Assembly: GCA_963695555.1 (NCBI GenBank)
Contig: CAVOGR010000003.1
Coordinates: 1 to 64,000, forward strand
From: an uncultured Gemmatimonadales bacterium
GTDB taxonomy: Bacteria; Gemmatimonadota; Gemmatimonadetes; Gemmatimonadales; GWC2-71-9
Length of the DNA: 64,000 bases
Direction: 5' to 3'
The notes below the pieces were generated by a model. It ran no database searches and was not told the origin of the DNA. It was given only the letters and a program-made list of their open reading frames with translations. Position 1 is the first letter of the stretch. Every line of letters starts with the position of its first letter. Positions 29,953-42,490 of this stretch are shown piece after piece. The position numbers and the translations under genes are program-made.

Positions 29953-30923
29953 GGGACGCGGACCATCCGGGTGGCTCCGAGCAGCAGTTCGAGCACCAGT
30001 GCCGCCAGCCCGAACAGGGCGAATGGCATCGTCGCCTCGTCGTAGCGGGTGTACCGGGTCACTTCGATCGGAGACTTCTCGAGCCCGTCGATCTGGCGAA
30101 AGATTCGACTCAAGGCCTCGCTGTCCTTAGCGCGGAAGTAGCGCCCGCCCGTCGACTCCGCGATCTCCTGCAGCAGCGCCTCGTCGATCCGGACCGGAAG
30201 GATTTCGTAGCGGAAGCCGGTCAGACCCCGACCGGTCGGAATCGGCGCCTCACCCTCGGTGCCGACGCCGATGGTGTACACCTTGACCCCGTACGTCTTG
30301 GCCGTGGCGGCGGCGGTGCGCGGATCGATCAAGCCGCGGTTGTTCTCCCCGTCGGTGAGCAGCAAGGCGACCTTGGATTTGCCAGGCGACAGACGGAGCC
30401 GGTTGACCGCGGTCGCCAGGCCGCTACCGATGGCCGTGCCGTCCTCGAGGCTTCCGATCTTGAGGTCCATGATGGCGCGCTCGAGCACCGGATAGTCCAG
30501 TGTCACGGGCACCTGGGTCAGCGCCTCCCCCGCGAAGGCCACCAGACCGATCCGATCGGCCTGACGGCCGCGGATGAATGCGATGGCTTGCTGTTTGGCG
30601 ACCTCCAGCCGATTCGACGGCGCGAAGTCTTCGGCCAGCATGCTGCTCGAGATATCGATCGCGATCGCGATCGCGATCCCTTCCTGCTTGATCTCGATGG
30701 TATCGCCGCCGATCCTCGGCCCGGCCGCACCGACGATCCACGCGGCCAGCGCCAGCAACCGAAGCCCGGGCGGGAGGTGAACCCACCACGCCGGTCGCGC
30801 GGTGCGCTCGAACAGACTGACACTGCTGTAGGGAACGCCGCTCGCCCTACGCCGGCGGTGCCACCACCACCACGGGAGCGCCAGGAGCAGGAGCAGGAGC
30901 CACGGACGGGCAAAGTTGATCAT
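29949..30923 (-). CDS. BatA-like VWA domain protein
   Basis: FARPWLL N-terminus, DISSSMLAEDF, DGTAIGSG, LTDGENN and TGGRYFRA. Confidence 0.88.
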   Translation of the reverse strand: MINFARPWLLLLLLALPWWWWHRRRRASGVPYSSVSLFERTARPAWWVHLPPGLRLLALAAWIVGAAGPRIGGDTIEIKQEGIAIAIAIDISSSMLAEDFAPSNRLEVAKQQAIAFIRGRQADRIGLVAFAGEALTQVPVTLDYPVLERAIMDLKIGSLEDGTAIGSGLATAVNRLRLSPGKSKVALLLTDGENNRGLIDPRTAAATAKTYGVKVYTIGVGTEGEAPIPTGRGLTGFRYEILPVRIDEALLQEIAESTGGRYFRAKDSEALSRIFRQIDGLEKSPIEVTRYTRYDEATMPFALFGLAALVLELLLGATRMVRVP

Positions 30924-31720
30924 GCCGCCTCGACCCGTGAACACAGCGCCATGGTCCGCTGGTACAACTCGAGTGCATCTCCTTCGGTAAGCGGCGCAAA
31001 GCGCGACCCGTCCATCTCGCGTACCACCTGTCCCAGCTCATCCAGAGGCCACCCGGGTTTCCGGGCATGCAAGACGGCCAGCCACGCGTCGGTGTCGAGC
31101 GTCGGGCCTGCATCGGGCACCCGGGCGGCCACGGTTTGTTTGAGGGCCAGGATCCCTGCGGCGGCGACGGCACGGGATTCTCCAGCCGCGGCCCATCGCG
31201 CAACCGGCGGGCTGGATACGGCTGGTTCAGGTGCGGCGGCAGACGGAGCTGGCTTCCCTCGTCTCCGCCACCACCAGTGGAGCGGAAGCACCAAGAGGGC
31301 CGCCACCCCCCAGAGCACCAAGAGCGGTACCAGGCTGGTGACCGGCCGCGGAATAATGCCGGTGGGCGGTTGGGGCTGGAGGGTCGAGTCGGGTGGCACG
31401 TTGGGAAGGACGCTCGCAATCGTGATGGTCACGCGGCTCAGTCGCACGGAGTCCACATCGCCCCGCGGCGACAGCAGCACCGGGCCCGGTACTTCCACCA
31501 CGTGGGAGCCCGGTTGCCACACCACGAGCGGATACCGGACCCGAACCGAGTCCCCCAGCACGTCCACCACGGCACGGCCGAGCAGCTCCACTGCCCCGCC
31601 CGGGTCCCAGGCGGGCGCTCGTGCAGACCACCCGGCAGGAAGCGGGATGGTACGGCTGACCCACACCGTGTCGCCGACGGTGGGCGTACCCTGGAGTGCC
31701 AAGAGCATCAGAATCATCAT
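30920..31720 (-). CDS. Hypothetical membrane-anchored protein of the Bat operon
   Basis: Signal/TVGDTV Ig-like region plus TM; overlaps both neighbours by 4 nt. Confidence 0.7.
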   Translation of the reverse strand: MMILMLLALQGTPTVGDTVWVSRTIPLPAGWSARAPAWDPGGAVELLGRAVVDVLGDSVRVRYPLVVWQPGSHVVEVPGPVLLSPRGDVDSVRLSRVTITIASVLPNVPPDSTLQPQPPTGIIPRPVTSLVPLLVLWGVAALLVLPLHWWWRRRGKPAPSAAAPEPAVSSPPVARWAAAGESRAVAAAGILALKQTVAARVPDAGPTLDTDAWLAVLHARKPGWPLDELGQVVREMDGSRFAPLTEGDALELYQRTMALCSRVEAA

Positions 31721-32604
31721 GCGCGGTGCAGCCTGCGGGCCCGTCGCGCGAATGCGCGGCGGAGCGGGATCCAGTAGTCGGTATTGGTGGTGAGGGCCAC
31801 CAGATCGACCCCCGCGGTTGAGAGGGCCCGATCGCGCGCACGGCGGCGGTGGTCAACGGCGGCCCCCATCCGTCGGCGTGTGGTTGCGCTTCGAGCATCC
31901 ACCAGCCGCCGGTCGCCCGACTCGGCGTCACGAAGCTCGATGATTCCGGTCCGGGGCAGCTTGCGCTCGCGCGGATCCTCCACCGATATCGCGACCACCT
32001 CGTGCCGCGCGGCGAGTGTCCTGAGCGGGCGCTCCCATCCCGTGGCGAAGAAATCGGACAGCACCACCACGATGCTCCGGTGATACAGCAGCTTCTGGGC
32101 GTAGACCAATGCCGCGGCCAGGTCGGTCTCCTTCCCTCGAGGTTCGAAGGCGACCAAGTCCCGAATCACCCGGAGCGCGTGGCGCCGGCCCTTGGCGGGG
32201 GGAATGACCCGTTCCACCTCTTCCGAAAAGAGCAACGCGCCCACGCGGTCGTTCTGTCGCGCGGCTGCGAGGGCGAGCACGGCAGCCACTTCGACCGACA
32301 GCGCCGCCTTGGTGAGCGGCTCGCCGAAATGGGTGGACCCCGATTGGTCGACGATCAACAGGAGAGTGAGCTCCCGTTCCTCGGTGAATGTCTTGACGTA
32401 GGGACTCGCCAGCCGGGCCGAGACGTTCCAGTCGATGCTTCGGTAGTCGTCGCCCGGTTCGTACGCCCGCACTTCGGCGAACTCCATGCCCTGCCCGCGG
32501 AACACCGAGCGGTACTCCCCGGCGAAGAGGGATGCCACGAGCCCGCGCGTGCGGAGCTCGATGGTCTTGACCTGGTGGAGGATTTCGGGGGAAATGACAG
32601 GCAT
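31717..32604 (-). CDS. DUF58 domain protein
   Basis: GEYRSVFRGQGMEFAEVRAYEPGDD...IDWNVSAR...EERE. Confidence 0.92.
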   Translation of the reverse strand: MPVISPEILHQVKTIELRTRGLVASLFAGEYRSVFRGQGMEFAEVRAYEPGDDYRSIDWNVSARLASPYVKTFTEERELTLLLIVDQSGSTHFGEPLTKAALSVEVAAVLALAAARQNDRVGALLFSEEVERVIPPAKGRRHALRVIRDLVAFEPRGKETDLAAALVYAQKLLYHRSIVVVLSDFFATGWERPLRTLAARHEVVAISVEDPRERKLPRTGIIELRDAESGDRRLVDARSATTRRRMGAAVDHRRRARDRALSTAGVDLVALTTNTDYWIPLRRAFARRARRLHRA

Positions 32605-32648
32605 GCGAGGAAATTAACGCCACGGCCGCCCCCGGGGCGGCCGTAGAC

Positions 32649-33680
32649 TCAGGGTACCGGTACGGCGTCGATGATCTGCCCGATCACGCGGTCGCTGTCC
32701 ATGTCCTCCGCCTCGGCCTCGAAGGTGAGCACCAGCCGGTGCCTGAGCACGTCGGGAGCCAGCGCCCGAATGTCCTCGGGCACCACGTACGAGCGCCCGC
32801 GGAGGAACGCGTGGGCCCGGGAGGCAGCGGCCAGCGCGAGTGATGCACGCGGCGAGGCGCCATAGGCGATCAGCGGCTTCACGTCCTGGAGCCCGACCGC
32901 GCCCGGGTCTCGGGTCGCGCGGACCAGGTCCACGATGTAGTCGAGCAACTTCTGATCGGCGTAGAGCTCGGCGATCATCTTCCGGGCGGCGAGAATCGCC
33001 GACGGTTCGAGGATGCGGCTGACCGGGATGGGCTCTCCACCCCCCATCCGGAGCAGGACTTCGCGCTCTTCGTCCCGAGAGGGGTAATCCACCCGGACCT
33101 TGAGCATGAACCGGTCCAGCTGCGCCTCGGGCAGCGGGTAGGTGCCCTCACTCTCGATGGGGTTCTGGGTGGCCAGCACCAGGAACGGCTCCTTCAGCGG
33201 GAAGGTGATCCCGCCGATGGTGACCTGGTGTTCCTGCATGGCTTCGAGCAAGGCAGCCTGCACCTTGGCAGGTGCGCGGTTCACCTCGTCCGCCAAGACG
33301 ATCTGGGCGAAGAGGGGGCCCTTCTTGACCTTGAACTCCTGGTTCTTCGGGTCGAACACCATGGTCCCGATCAGATCGGCCGGGAGCAGGTCCGGCGTGA
33401 ACTGGATCCGGGAGAAGGTCGCGTGGATGATCTCGGCCAGAGTGCGGACCGACAGGGTCTTGGCCAGACCGGGCACGCCCTCGAGCAGGATGTGGCCGCC
33501 GGTCAGAAGCCCGATCAGAAGCCGCTCGATCATGGCTTCCTGCCCGACTATGCGCTTGGCCACCTCGGTGACCACCTGCTGAATGAGCTGCCCCTCGGGG
33601 CCCGGCGCTTCCCGGCTTGGCTTGGCACTCACGGTCCACACCCCCCGGTCATCGTCCGACAACTCGAACCGCTCATTCAC
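32649..33680 (-). CDS. moxR: MoxR family AAA+ ATPase (start uncertain)
   Basis: GVPGLAKT, RIQFTPDLLPAD, DEVNRAPAKVQAALLEAMQE and GTYPLPEAQLDRF. Confidence 0.93.
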   Translation of the reverse strand: MNERFELSDDDRGVWTVSAKPSREAPGPEGQLIQQVVTEVAKRIVGQEAMIERLLIGLLTGGHILLEGVPGLAKTLSVRTLAEIIHATFSRIQFTPDLLPADLIGTMVFDPKNQEFKVKKGPLFAQIVLADEVNRAPAKVQAALLEAMQEHQVTIGGITFPLKEPFLVLATQNPIESEGTYPLPEAQLDRFMLKVRVDYPSRDEEREVLLRMGGGEPIPVSRILEPSAILAARKMIAELYADQKLLDYIVDLVRATRDPGAVGLQDVKPLIAYGASPRASLALAAASRAHAFLRGRSYVVPEDIRALAPDVLRHRLVLTFEAEAEDMDSDRVIGQIIDAVPVP

Positions 33681-33731
33681 AGACTCCCGTCATCGTCAAA
33701 GTATTACGATACAACGACGTATGCGCTCCAC

Positions 33732-34472
33732 CTAATGTTTCGCTCGAGCTTCTTCCGGCAGCCCGATCAATCGGTACAGCGCCGCGGTCTCGCTGGGTGT
33801 GAGAGGCCGCCAGGCGCCGGGCTCCAAGTCACCCAGGCGGATCGGACCATACGATAACCGTGCCAGCCGATCGACCTTGAGTCCCATTGCCTCACACCAG
33901 CGGCGGACGATCCGGTTCCGTCCTTCGGTGAGCGTCACGTCGATGATGCTCCTGCCCTGCCGGCCGGGCCGCACCCGGACCGATGTCGGCGTCACCGGCC
34001 GGCTGTCGATCACGACGCGCCGCCCGGCTGACGCCTCGATCTCCGAGGTGGTCTTACCATGGACCAGGGCCGTGTAGCGACGCACGACCCGGTAGCGGGG
34101 ATGGGTCAGTCGGTGGGCCGCCTCGCCGTCGGTAGTGAGGAGGAGCAGTCCCGTGGTCGCGATGTCGAGCCGGCCGACGTAGTTGAGCCCCGCGGGCCGA
34201 TCGACCAACTCGAACACGGTGGGGCGCCCCCGCTCGTCGCTCGCGGTGGTCACCACGCCGAGCGGCTTGTGCAACGCGATCCAGCGGCGCTCGACCTGCT
34301 TGATCGCCCGGCCGCCCACGGTGATGCGCTGCACGTCAGGGTCGACCTTGCTGCCGATGGTCGCGACCTGGCCGTCCACCCGCACCTTGCCGGCGCGGAT
34401 CAGCTCTTCCGCCGCCCGGCGCGACGCGATCCCCGCCCGCGCCAGAGCGCGCTGCAGCCGCATCTCGGTCAT
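33732..34472 (-). CDS. rluB: rRNA pseudouridine synthase (RluB/RsuA family, S4 domain)
   Basis: RLQRALARAGIASRR, VGRLDIATTGLLLLTTDG and EGRNR; downstream of scpB. Confidence 0.85.
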   Translation of the reverse strand: MTEMRLQRALARAGIASRRAAEELIRAGKVRVDGQVATIGSKVDPDVQRITVGGRAIKQVERRWIALHKPLGVVTTASDERGRPTVFELVDRPAGLNYVGRLDIATTGLLLLTTDGEAAHRLTHPRYRVVRRYTALVHGKTTSEIEASAGRRVVIDSRPVTPTSVRVRPGRQGRSIIDVTLTEGRNRIVRRWCEAMGLKVDRLARLSYGPIRLGDLEPGAWRPLTPSETAALYRLIGLPEEARAKH

Positions 34473-35056
34473 GATTCCGCGGGAACGTAGGCGGCTGCCT
34501 CATCCCCTTCGTCTTCCGTCCGGGCCGCATGCGGGTGCAGCGCCACCGTCAGCTCCTCGGCATCGGGCAAGTTGGACAGGTCTTCGAGGCCGAGCACTTC
34601 CAGGAACTGGGGTGTCGTGCCGTAGAGCAACGGGCGGCCGAGTCCTTCACTCCGTCCGACCACCTCGATCAGTCCGCGCTCTTGGAGCGTGCGCAACACA
34701 CCGCTCGCCGACACCCCCCGTATCTCCTCGATGTCGGCGCGGCCAACCGGTTGGCGATAGGCGATGACCGCGAGCGTTTCGAGCGCCGCGGGCGTGAGCT
34801 TTGGCACTCTGAGCGATATCCTGGCCCGCTCGATGGCCTCGGCATAGGCCGGGCGGGTCAGGATCTGCCATCCGCCAGCCAGTTCCAGGAGTTCGACCGC
34901 GTGCTGGTTGAAATCGTAGATCTCCCGCAGCTGGTCGAGCGCGGTGCGCACTTCGGCCAGGGTCGCGTCGGAATCGAGCGCAGCCAGCTCCTCGACGGTA
35001 AGCGGGCGGGAAGCCGAGAACAGGGCGGCTTCAACGAGTTGCGTCAGCGGTTTCAC
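34469..35056 (-). CDS. scpB: SMC-Scp complex subunit ScpB
   Basis: EAALF, LETLAVIAYRQPV...IEEIRGV and GRPLLYGTT. Confidence 0.95.
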   Translation of the reverse strand: MKPLTQLVEAALFSASRPLTVEELAALDSDATLAEVRTALDQLREIYDFNQHAVELLELAGGWQILTRPAYAEAIERARISLRVPKLTPAALETLAVIAYRQPVGRADIEEIRGVSASGVLRTLQERGLIEVVGRSEGLGRPLLYGTTPQFLEVLGLEDLSNLPDAEELTVALHPHAARTEDEGDEAAAYVPAES

Positions 35057-35771
35057 GGGCCACCATGATCGGAGCGAAGGGTTTGAGCTGCATCACCCGG
35101 AGCCGTCCCCGACGGGCCAACTCGAGAGCGGCGAGAAAGGTGGAGAGCAGCGAGGTCAAGTCGGGGTTGGGGCCGAAGGCTTCTCTGAGGCTGAACTCGG
35201 CCTTCTCTTCGAGCAGTTTCTCGAGCCGGGCCGTTGCCCCCTCTACGTCGAGCGGCCGGGGAACCACCCGGTGAAGCACCGGCGATGGGATGCCTTCGAC
35301 CACCGACCGCGCGGCCTCCAGCAGCTCGATGAGATCGACCGTGAGCGGCGGCGCCGGCACTTCCGGAGCTAGCGGCAGGTACCCCCGAGCGAAGCGAGCG
35401 GCTCGGCGTTCAGCCAGGCGCGCCATCCAGATCGCAATTTCCTTGATCTGCTGGTACTCGAGCAGCCGCCGCACCAGTTCGGCCCGCGGGTCTTCCCACT
35501 CGTCGTCCAGATTCCTCGGCAAGAGCATCTGGACCTTGAGGCGAATGAGCCGCCCGGCCATCTCGAGATAGTCGGCCGCCTGGTTCAGGCCCAGCTGATG
35601 GATGGCTTGGAGGAACTGATCGGCTATGCGGGCGATCGGGATGTCGGAGATCTCGAGCTGCTCTTCGCGCAGAAGATGGAGCAGGAGATCGAGCGGCCCG
35701 GAGAACTGGTCGAGCTCGACGATGAAGCCCAAATCGGCGCCGAGGGCAGCGGTTGGAGCGGTACTCGTCAT
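35031..35771 (-). CDS. scpA: Segregation/condensation protein A
   Basis: FSGPLDLLLHL, DPRAELVRRLLEY and FLAALEL; ATG at 35771. Confidence 0.93.
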   Translation of the reverse strand: MTSTAPTAALGADLGFIVELDQFSGPLDLLLHLLREEQLEISDIPIARIADQFLQAIHQLGLNQAADYLEMAGRLIRLKVQMLLPRNLDDEWEDPRAELVRRLLEYQQIKEIAIWMARLAERRAARFARGYLPLAPEVPAPPLTVDLIELLEAARSVVEGIPSPVLHRVVPRPLDVEGATARLEKLLEEKAEFSLREAFGPNPDLTSLLSTFLAALELARRGRLRVMQLKPFAPIMVARETADATR

Positions 35772-35975
35772 GCGACCGACGCCCGGTCGAGTCTGAGCCC
35801 ACGAGCCGGGCCGGACCATGTGCCGTCTGGCGCGGCCGGGAGCGGGACCGTGCTCGGAAACACCCCGCAAGACACTGCCGGGGCCGGAAAATCGGGAGTC
35901 AGCGGGCTATCCTTTGGTTGAAACGCCGCGCGCAACATACAACCCGGGCTCCCTTCAAGTCAAAAACGACGAGCG

Positions 35976-36004
35976 TTGACCCGAGCGCCGAATCCGGCTA
36001 GAAT
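35976..36004 (+). promoter_or_regulatory. Sigma70-type promoter of rpsT
   Basis: TTGACC-N17-TAGAAT. Confidence 0.7.
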
Positions 36005-36061
36005 CATGCGCTTAGGCGGGCCGCGTCGGTCCCGCCGGTGACCCGAGTAACGAGGGAGCGC

Positions 36062-36313
36062 GTGCCCCAGAAAAAATCAGCCAAGAAGCGCGAGCGGCAG
36101 CGGCAGAGTCGGACCGAGGGCAACAAGGCCCAGCGAAGCAGGATTCGCGGAGCGGTCAAGCGCGTGCGGACAGCGACCACCAAGGAAGAGGGGCTCGCGG
36201 CCTACCGCGAAGCTGAGCAACTGCTGGATCGCGGCGGGCGGAAGCGCCTCCTGCACCCCAAGGCGGCCAATCGGACCAAGAGCCGGCTGGCCAAGCTGGT
36301 GGCCAAGGCCTAG
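36062..36313 (+). CDS. rpsT: 30S ribosomal protein S20
   Basis: PQKKSAKKRERQ...NKAQRSRIRGAVK...LHPKAANRTKSRL; GAGGGAG RBS before GTG. Confidence 0.92.
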   Translation: MPQKKSAKKRERQRQSRTEGNKAQRSRIRGAVKRVRTATTKEEGLAAYREAEQLLDRGGRKRLLHPKAANRTKSRLAKLVAKA

Positions 36314-36335
36314 CCGCTCGAATGCCTGAGAAGTA

Positions 36336-36366
36336 AACAAGGGCGCCTCATCGAGGCGCCCTTGTT
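36336..36366. terminator. Bidirectional intrinsic terminator
   Basis: AACAAGGGCGCCTC-ATC-GAGGCGCCCTTGTT perfect inverted repeat between convergent genes. Confidence 0.8.
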
Positions 36367-36386
36367 GCATTTCCGATTACCACCCG

Positions 36387-37325
36387 TTAGAGCGAGGCCA
36401 GTTCCGCCCCGCAGTTCTCGCAATACCACTCGGTCGGCAGATTGAGTCCGCCGCATTCGGCGCACTTGAGCGTCTTCTGTCCCTTACCGGCAGCCTCCGC
36501 CCCGCTCCCGGTTTCGATCTCCGGTCGTTTGTGGCCGCCGCTGGCCCGGTCGGGCGACGGGCCACCGATCTCGTCTTCCGACACCGACTTGAGGAAGTCC
36601 AGCTCATCGACGTCCCCGCTCCCCGCAGCGGCGGCCGCGCCGCCGGTGGGAAACCGCAGCGTCTTGGGACTCGCGGCCGGCTTGCCCTTGCCGCGCGGCA
36701 CGAATTTGGGGGCGCCAACTCGCCGGCGAATGGCATCGGGATCGGTCTCCACCGCGTCCATGGGCGCGGGAGGGGTCAGGGTCTCGCGCTGGCCCGCGGC
36801 CTGCTTCGCGTCCGGCACCCACGACTCGGAGTTGTACACCGGGGTCTTCCCTGCCGGCTTCTCCGCCTTGGGCGCCGCCACCGGTGCCGCGATGAGCGCC
36901 TGAATCTCGGCTAGGCGATCGATCTCTCCGTTGACCGTGTCCAACTCCTGCTTGAGCGCCTCGAGCCCCGCCGAGGACTCGCCGCTGAGCTTGGCCCACT
37001 CGTCCTCGCCGTACTCGCCCACCGCATGGCGCAACTCGGCCTCGGCCAGTTCCTCCTCGGACGACTCACGCTGCGAGTTGAGATCCGACTGTTTGTTGCG
37101 AAACTCGGCCAGCTGCTCGGCCACCGCGTCGGCGTGGCCCCGCAGCTCCTCGACCACGGCACTCAGGCGCGTCTCGTAGTCCTTCCGGACCCGTTCCCGC
37201 ACCGCCTCCGAAGCCAGTTTCTGGCTCTCGTCCAGCTTCGCGAGCCAATCCTCGAACTTGGCGCGCTGCTCGAGCAGGCTTTCGATTGTATTGCCGTTGT
37301 CGGGTGTCGCTTTGGCCATAGTCAC
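36387..37325 (-). CDS. Coiled-coil protein with C-terminal zinc ribbon
   Basis: About 140 aa acidic coiled coil, Pro/Ala linker, CAEC...CENC at the C-terminus. Confidence 0.8.
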   Translation of the reverse strand: MTMAKATPDNGNTIESLLEQRAKFEDWLAKLDESQKLASEAVRERVRKDYETRLSAVVEELRGHADAVAEQLAEFRNKQSDLNSQRESSEEELAEAELRHAVGEYGEDEWAKLSGESSAGLEALKQELDTVNGEIDRLAEIQALIAAPVAAPKAEKPAGKTPVYNSESWVPDAKQAAGQRETLTPPAPMDAVETDPDAIRRRVGAPKFVPRGKGKPAASPKTLRFPTGGAAAAAGSGDVDELDFLKSVSEDEIGGPSPDRASGGHKRPEIETGSGAEAAGKGQKTLKCAECGGLNLPTEWYCENCGAELASL

Positions 37326-37459
37326 GGCTCCCCTGCTCTGTGCGGCTCACGGCCCGGAAAGACCATCGCGGGCCGAGCGCTGGCCCGGAATGGGCCAATC
37401 TTCCCCCAATTTAACGCAGATCCAACTTTGTCCAAGCCTGGGTGACCCAGGGGGCGGCG

Positions 37460-38754
37460 TCAACCGCCCGGGGAGTGGCCGCGCTCGTAGACAATCCGGC
37501 CTCCCACGATGGTAAAGTCGGCGCGCCCGATGAGTGTGGCTTGGCCAAACGGGGTATTCCGGCTCTTCGAATAGAAGGTCGCCGGGTCGACGCTCCAGCG
37601 GACGGCGGGATCGATCACCACCACGTCGGCCGGCGCCCCCACGGCGAGCGTTCCGCCGGGCAGGTTGAACACCCGGGCCGGCACCGTGCTCATGCGGGCA
37701 ACCAGTTCCGGCAGGGTCAGGTAGCCGCCGTCCACCAACTCCCGAATCGCCAGGCCGAGGGCGGTCTCGAGGCCCAGGATCCCGTTGGGCGCGTCGGCGA
37801 AGGCGCGTTCCTTGGCATCGTAGTGGTGGGGCGCGTGGTCGCTCGCGATCACGTCGAGGGTCCCGTCCTTCAATCCGAGCCGAATGGCTTCCCGGTCTTC
37901 CGACTCACGAAGTGGCGGGTTCATCTTCGCGTTGGTGTCGTAATTCTCGCAGCGCTCGTGCGTCAGGGTAAAGTGATGCGGCGTTGCCTCCGCCGTCACT
38001 CTGAGCCCCTTCTCTTTCGCGCGCCGGATCAGCTCCACCGACCCGCGCGTCGACATGTGGCACAGATGGACGTGGCCGCCGGTCAGTTCGGCCAGGATGA
38101 TGTCGCGCGCCACCATGATCTCTTCCGCCGCGGCCGGGATTCCCTTGAGGCCGAGCCGGGTTGAAACGATGCCTTCGTGCATGGCGCCGCCGTGCGCCAG
38201 GCTCATCTCCTCGCAATGATCGGCCACCGGAATGTCGAAGGTCTTGGCGTACTCGAGCGCGGTCCGCATCAGGTGGCTCGACGCGACCGGATGCCCGTCG
38301 TCGCTCACCGCCACGGCTCCGGCGCCGACCAACTCGCCGAATTCGGCCAGGTGCTCGCCCTTCTGGCCGAGCGAGACCGCGCCGATCGGATAGACCCGCG
38401 CCTTGGCCGCCTTCTGCGCCTGGCTCACGATGAAGCCCACCGCCGCCTGATTGTCGGTCACGGGATCGGTGTTCGGCATGGCGCACACCGCGGTAAACCC
38501 GCCCGCCGCGGCGGCCATGGCGCCGGTGGCCACCGTCTCGAGGTCTTCCTGCCCCGGCTCCCGCAGATGGACGTGCACGTCGATCAGCCCCGGCGCCACC
38601 ACCTTGCCGGTGGCATCGATGACCGATGCGCCGGGCGGCGCGGGCACGTTCCGGCCGACCGCCTCGATCTTTCCGTCCTGTATCAGCAGGTCGGCCTGCC
38701 CGTCGCCACTCCGGGATGGATCGATCACCCGCCCGCCCTTGATCAGGATCCGGC

Positions 38755-38758
<4 letters not shown>
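37460..38758 (-). CDS. pyrC: Dihydroorotase
   Basis: PGLIDVHVHLREPG, MPNT, KMNPPLR, SDHAPH and SKSRNTPF; GTG start at 38758. Confidence 0.95.
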
Positions 38759-40263
<1,505 letters not shown>

Positions 40264-40275
40264 CTCGTGGGGGTG

Positions 40276-40304
40276 AAAGTAGCCGCGACACTACTCCCGG
40301 TCAA
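40276..40304 (-). promoter_or_regulatory. Sigma70-type promoter of pyrR-pyrB-pyrC
   Basis: TTGACC-N17-TACTTT, 12 nt upstream of the pyrR ATG. Confidence 0.5.
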
Positions 40305-40318
40305 ATCGCCATGCGAGG

Positions 40319-40959
40319 TCAGGCCGCGCTCGCCAGGGTACGGGTCGGTTCCCGCCCTTCGCGGGCGCGCCGCTCCAGCCGGAGGTACACCAGCCGGGCC
40401 ACGAGCAGGACAACCAGGATGACGGCGTAGATAACCGGTTCGCGCTTGTCGAGCTTCACCAGCCAGAGGAAGTGGAACACCGCGGCCGCGGCCGACACGT
40501 AGATCAGTTGGTGGAGCCGCTGCCAGCGCTGTCCGCCGATCCGGCGGATCCATCCCTTGGTCGAGGTGACGGCCAACGGGATGAGCAGCACGAAGGCCGT
40601 GAAGCCCAACAGCACCCACGGGTGCTTGACCACGTCGGCCGCGATGGCGCTGGGCGACAGCTCCTGGTCGAACACGAAATAGCTGAACACGTGGAGCGAG
40701 GCGTAGAAGAAGGCGAACAAGCCGAGCATCCGCCGGAACTTGATGAGATCGTTCCAGCCGGTGAGCCGCCGGAGAGGCGTGACCGTGAGGGTCACGAGCA
40801 GCAGGATGAGTGCTGCGATCCCGGTCCGGTGTTGGATGTTCTTGACCGGCTCGGTCAGCAGCAACTCGCCGGACACGAACGCCTGAATGAGCAGGGCAAG
40901 CGGGATGAGCGCACCCAAGAACACCAGGCTCTTGGCCACACGCTGGGTCCGACGGGTCA

Positions 40960-40960
<1 letters not shown>
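40319..40960 (-). CDS. msrQ: Methionine sulfoxide reductase heme-binding subunit
   Basis: HRTG, TPLRR...[21 protein letters not shown] and WQRLHQLIY...H; ATG overlaps the msrP stop. Confidence 0.92.
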
Positions 40961-41881
<921 letters not shown>

Positions 41882-41970
41882 GGGCCTGGGCTCCTCGGGG
41901 TCTCGGATACACCCAAATGTACGCGGGAGGGGGTCCCGGGGGTTCCCAGATTAGGGGATTCTCACGAAGG

Positions 41971-42004
41971 AGGGGAGTAGGAAGTAGGAAGTGGGGAGTA
42001 GGGG
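41971..42004 (+). repeat. Degenerate heptamer tandem repeat (GGGGAGT/AGGAAGT)
   Basis: ggggagt aggaagt aggaagt ggggagt agggg. Confidence 0.7.
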
Positions 42005-42244
42005 TCACCACTGGCTGGTCTCGGCCGGCGGTCGTTCCGTCCCGCAAGCCCCTTTCAGGACAATGAATTCCGATTGTATGCGTTCGAACTCCCAGGCTGC
42101 TGAATATCCTACTACTGAGAGATTCAATCGTAAGAGGACGGCCGGGAGGGCTACAGGCATGTGAGTGAGGAGTAAGGAGTTAGGAGCAAGTACTCGTCAC
42201 TACTCACTTTCCCTCTTCCCGACTTCCCGACTTCCCGTCTTCAA

Positions 42245-42332
42245 CGGACAGGGTGGGATTCGAACCCACGATACGCTTTTGGCGTACACACGCTCTCCAG
42301 GCGTGCGCCTTCAACCACTCGGCCACCTGTCC
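42245..42332 (-). tRNA. tRNA-Ser(GGA)
   Basis: GGACAGG acceptor stem, TGGCCGAGTGG D-arm, CACGC-CTGGAGA-GCGTG anticodon arm, long variable arm, GGTTCGAATCC; CCA not encoded. Confidence 0.95.
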
Positions 42333-42490
42333 TTGCCCTGCTTCCCCGCACCACCCCGCTATTGGTCTGCCACCCCACCCTAGCCCTCCACCAGCTATTG
42401 GCTAATGGTTATCGGAACGTAGCAGCAACCGAACCTCCCTCACAACACCATGCCATATGAACCTTCTTCCTCACTTGCCGACTTTCCGAC

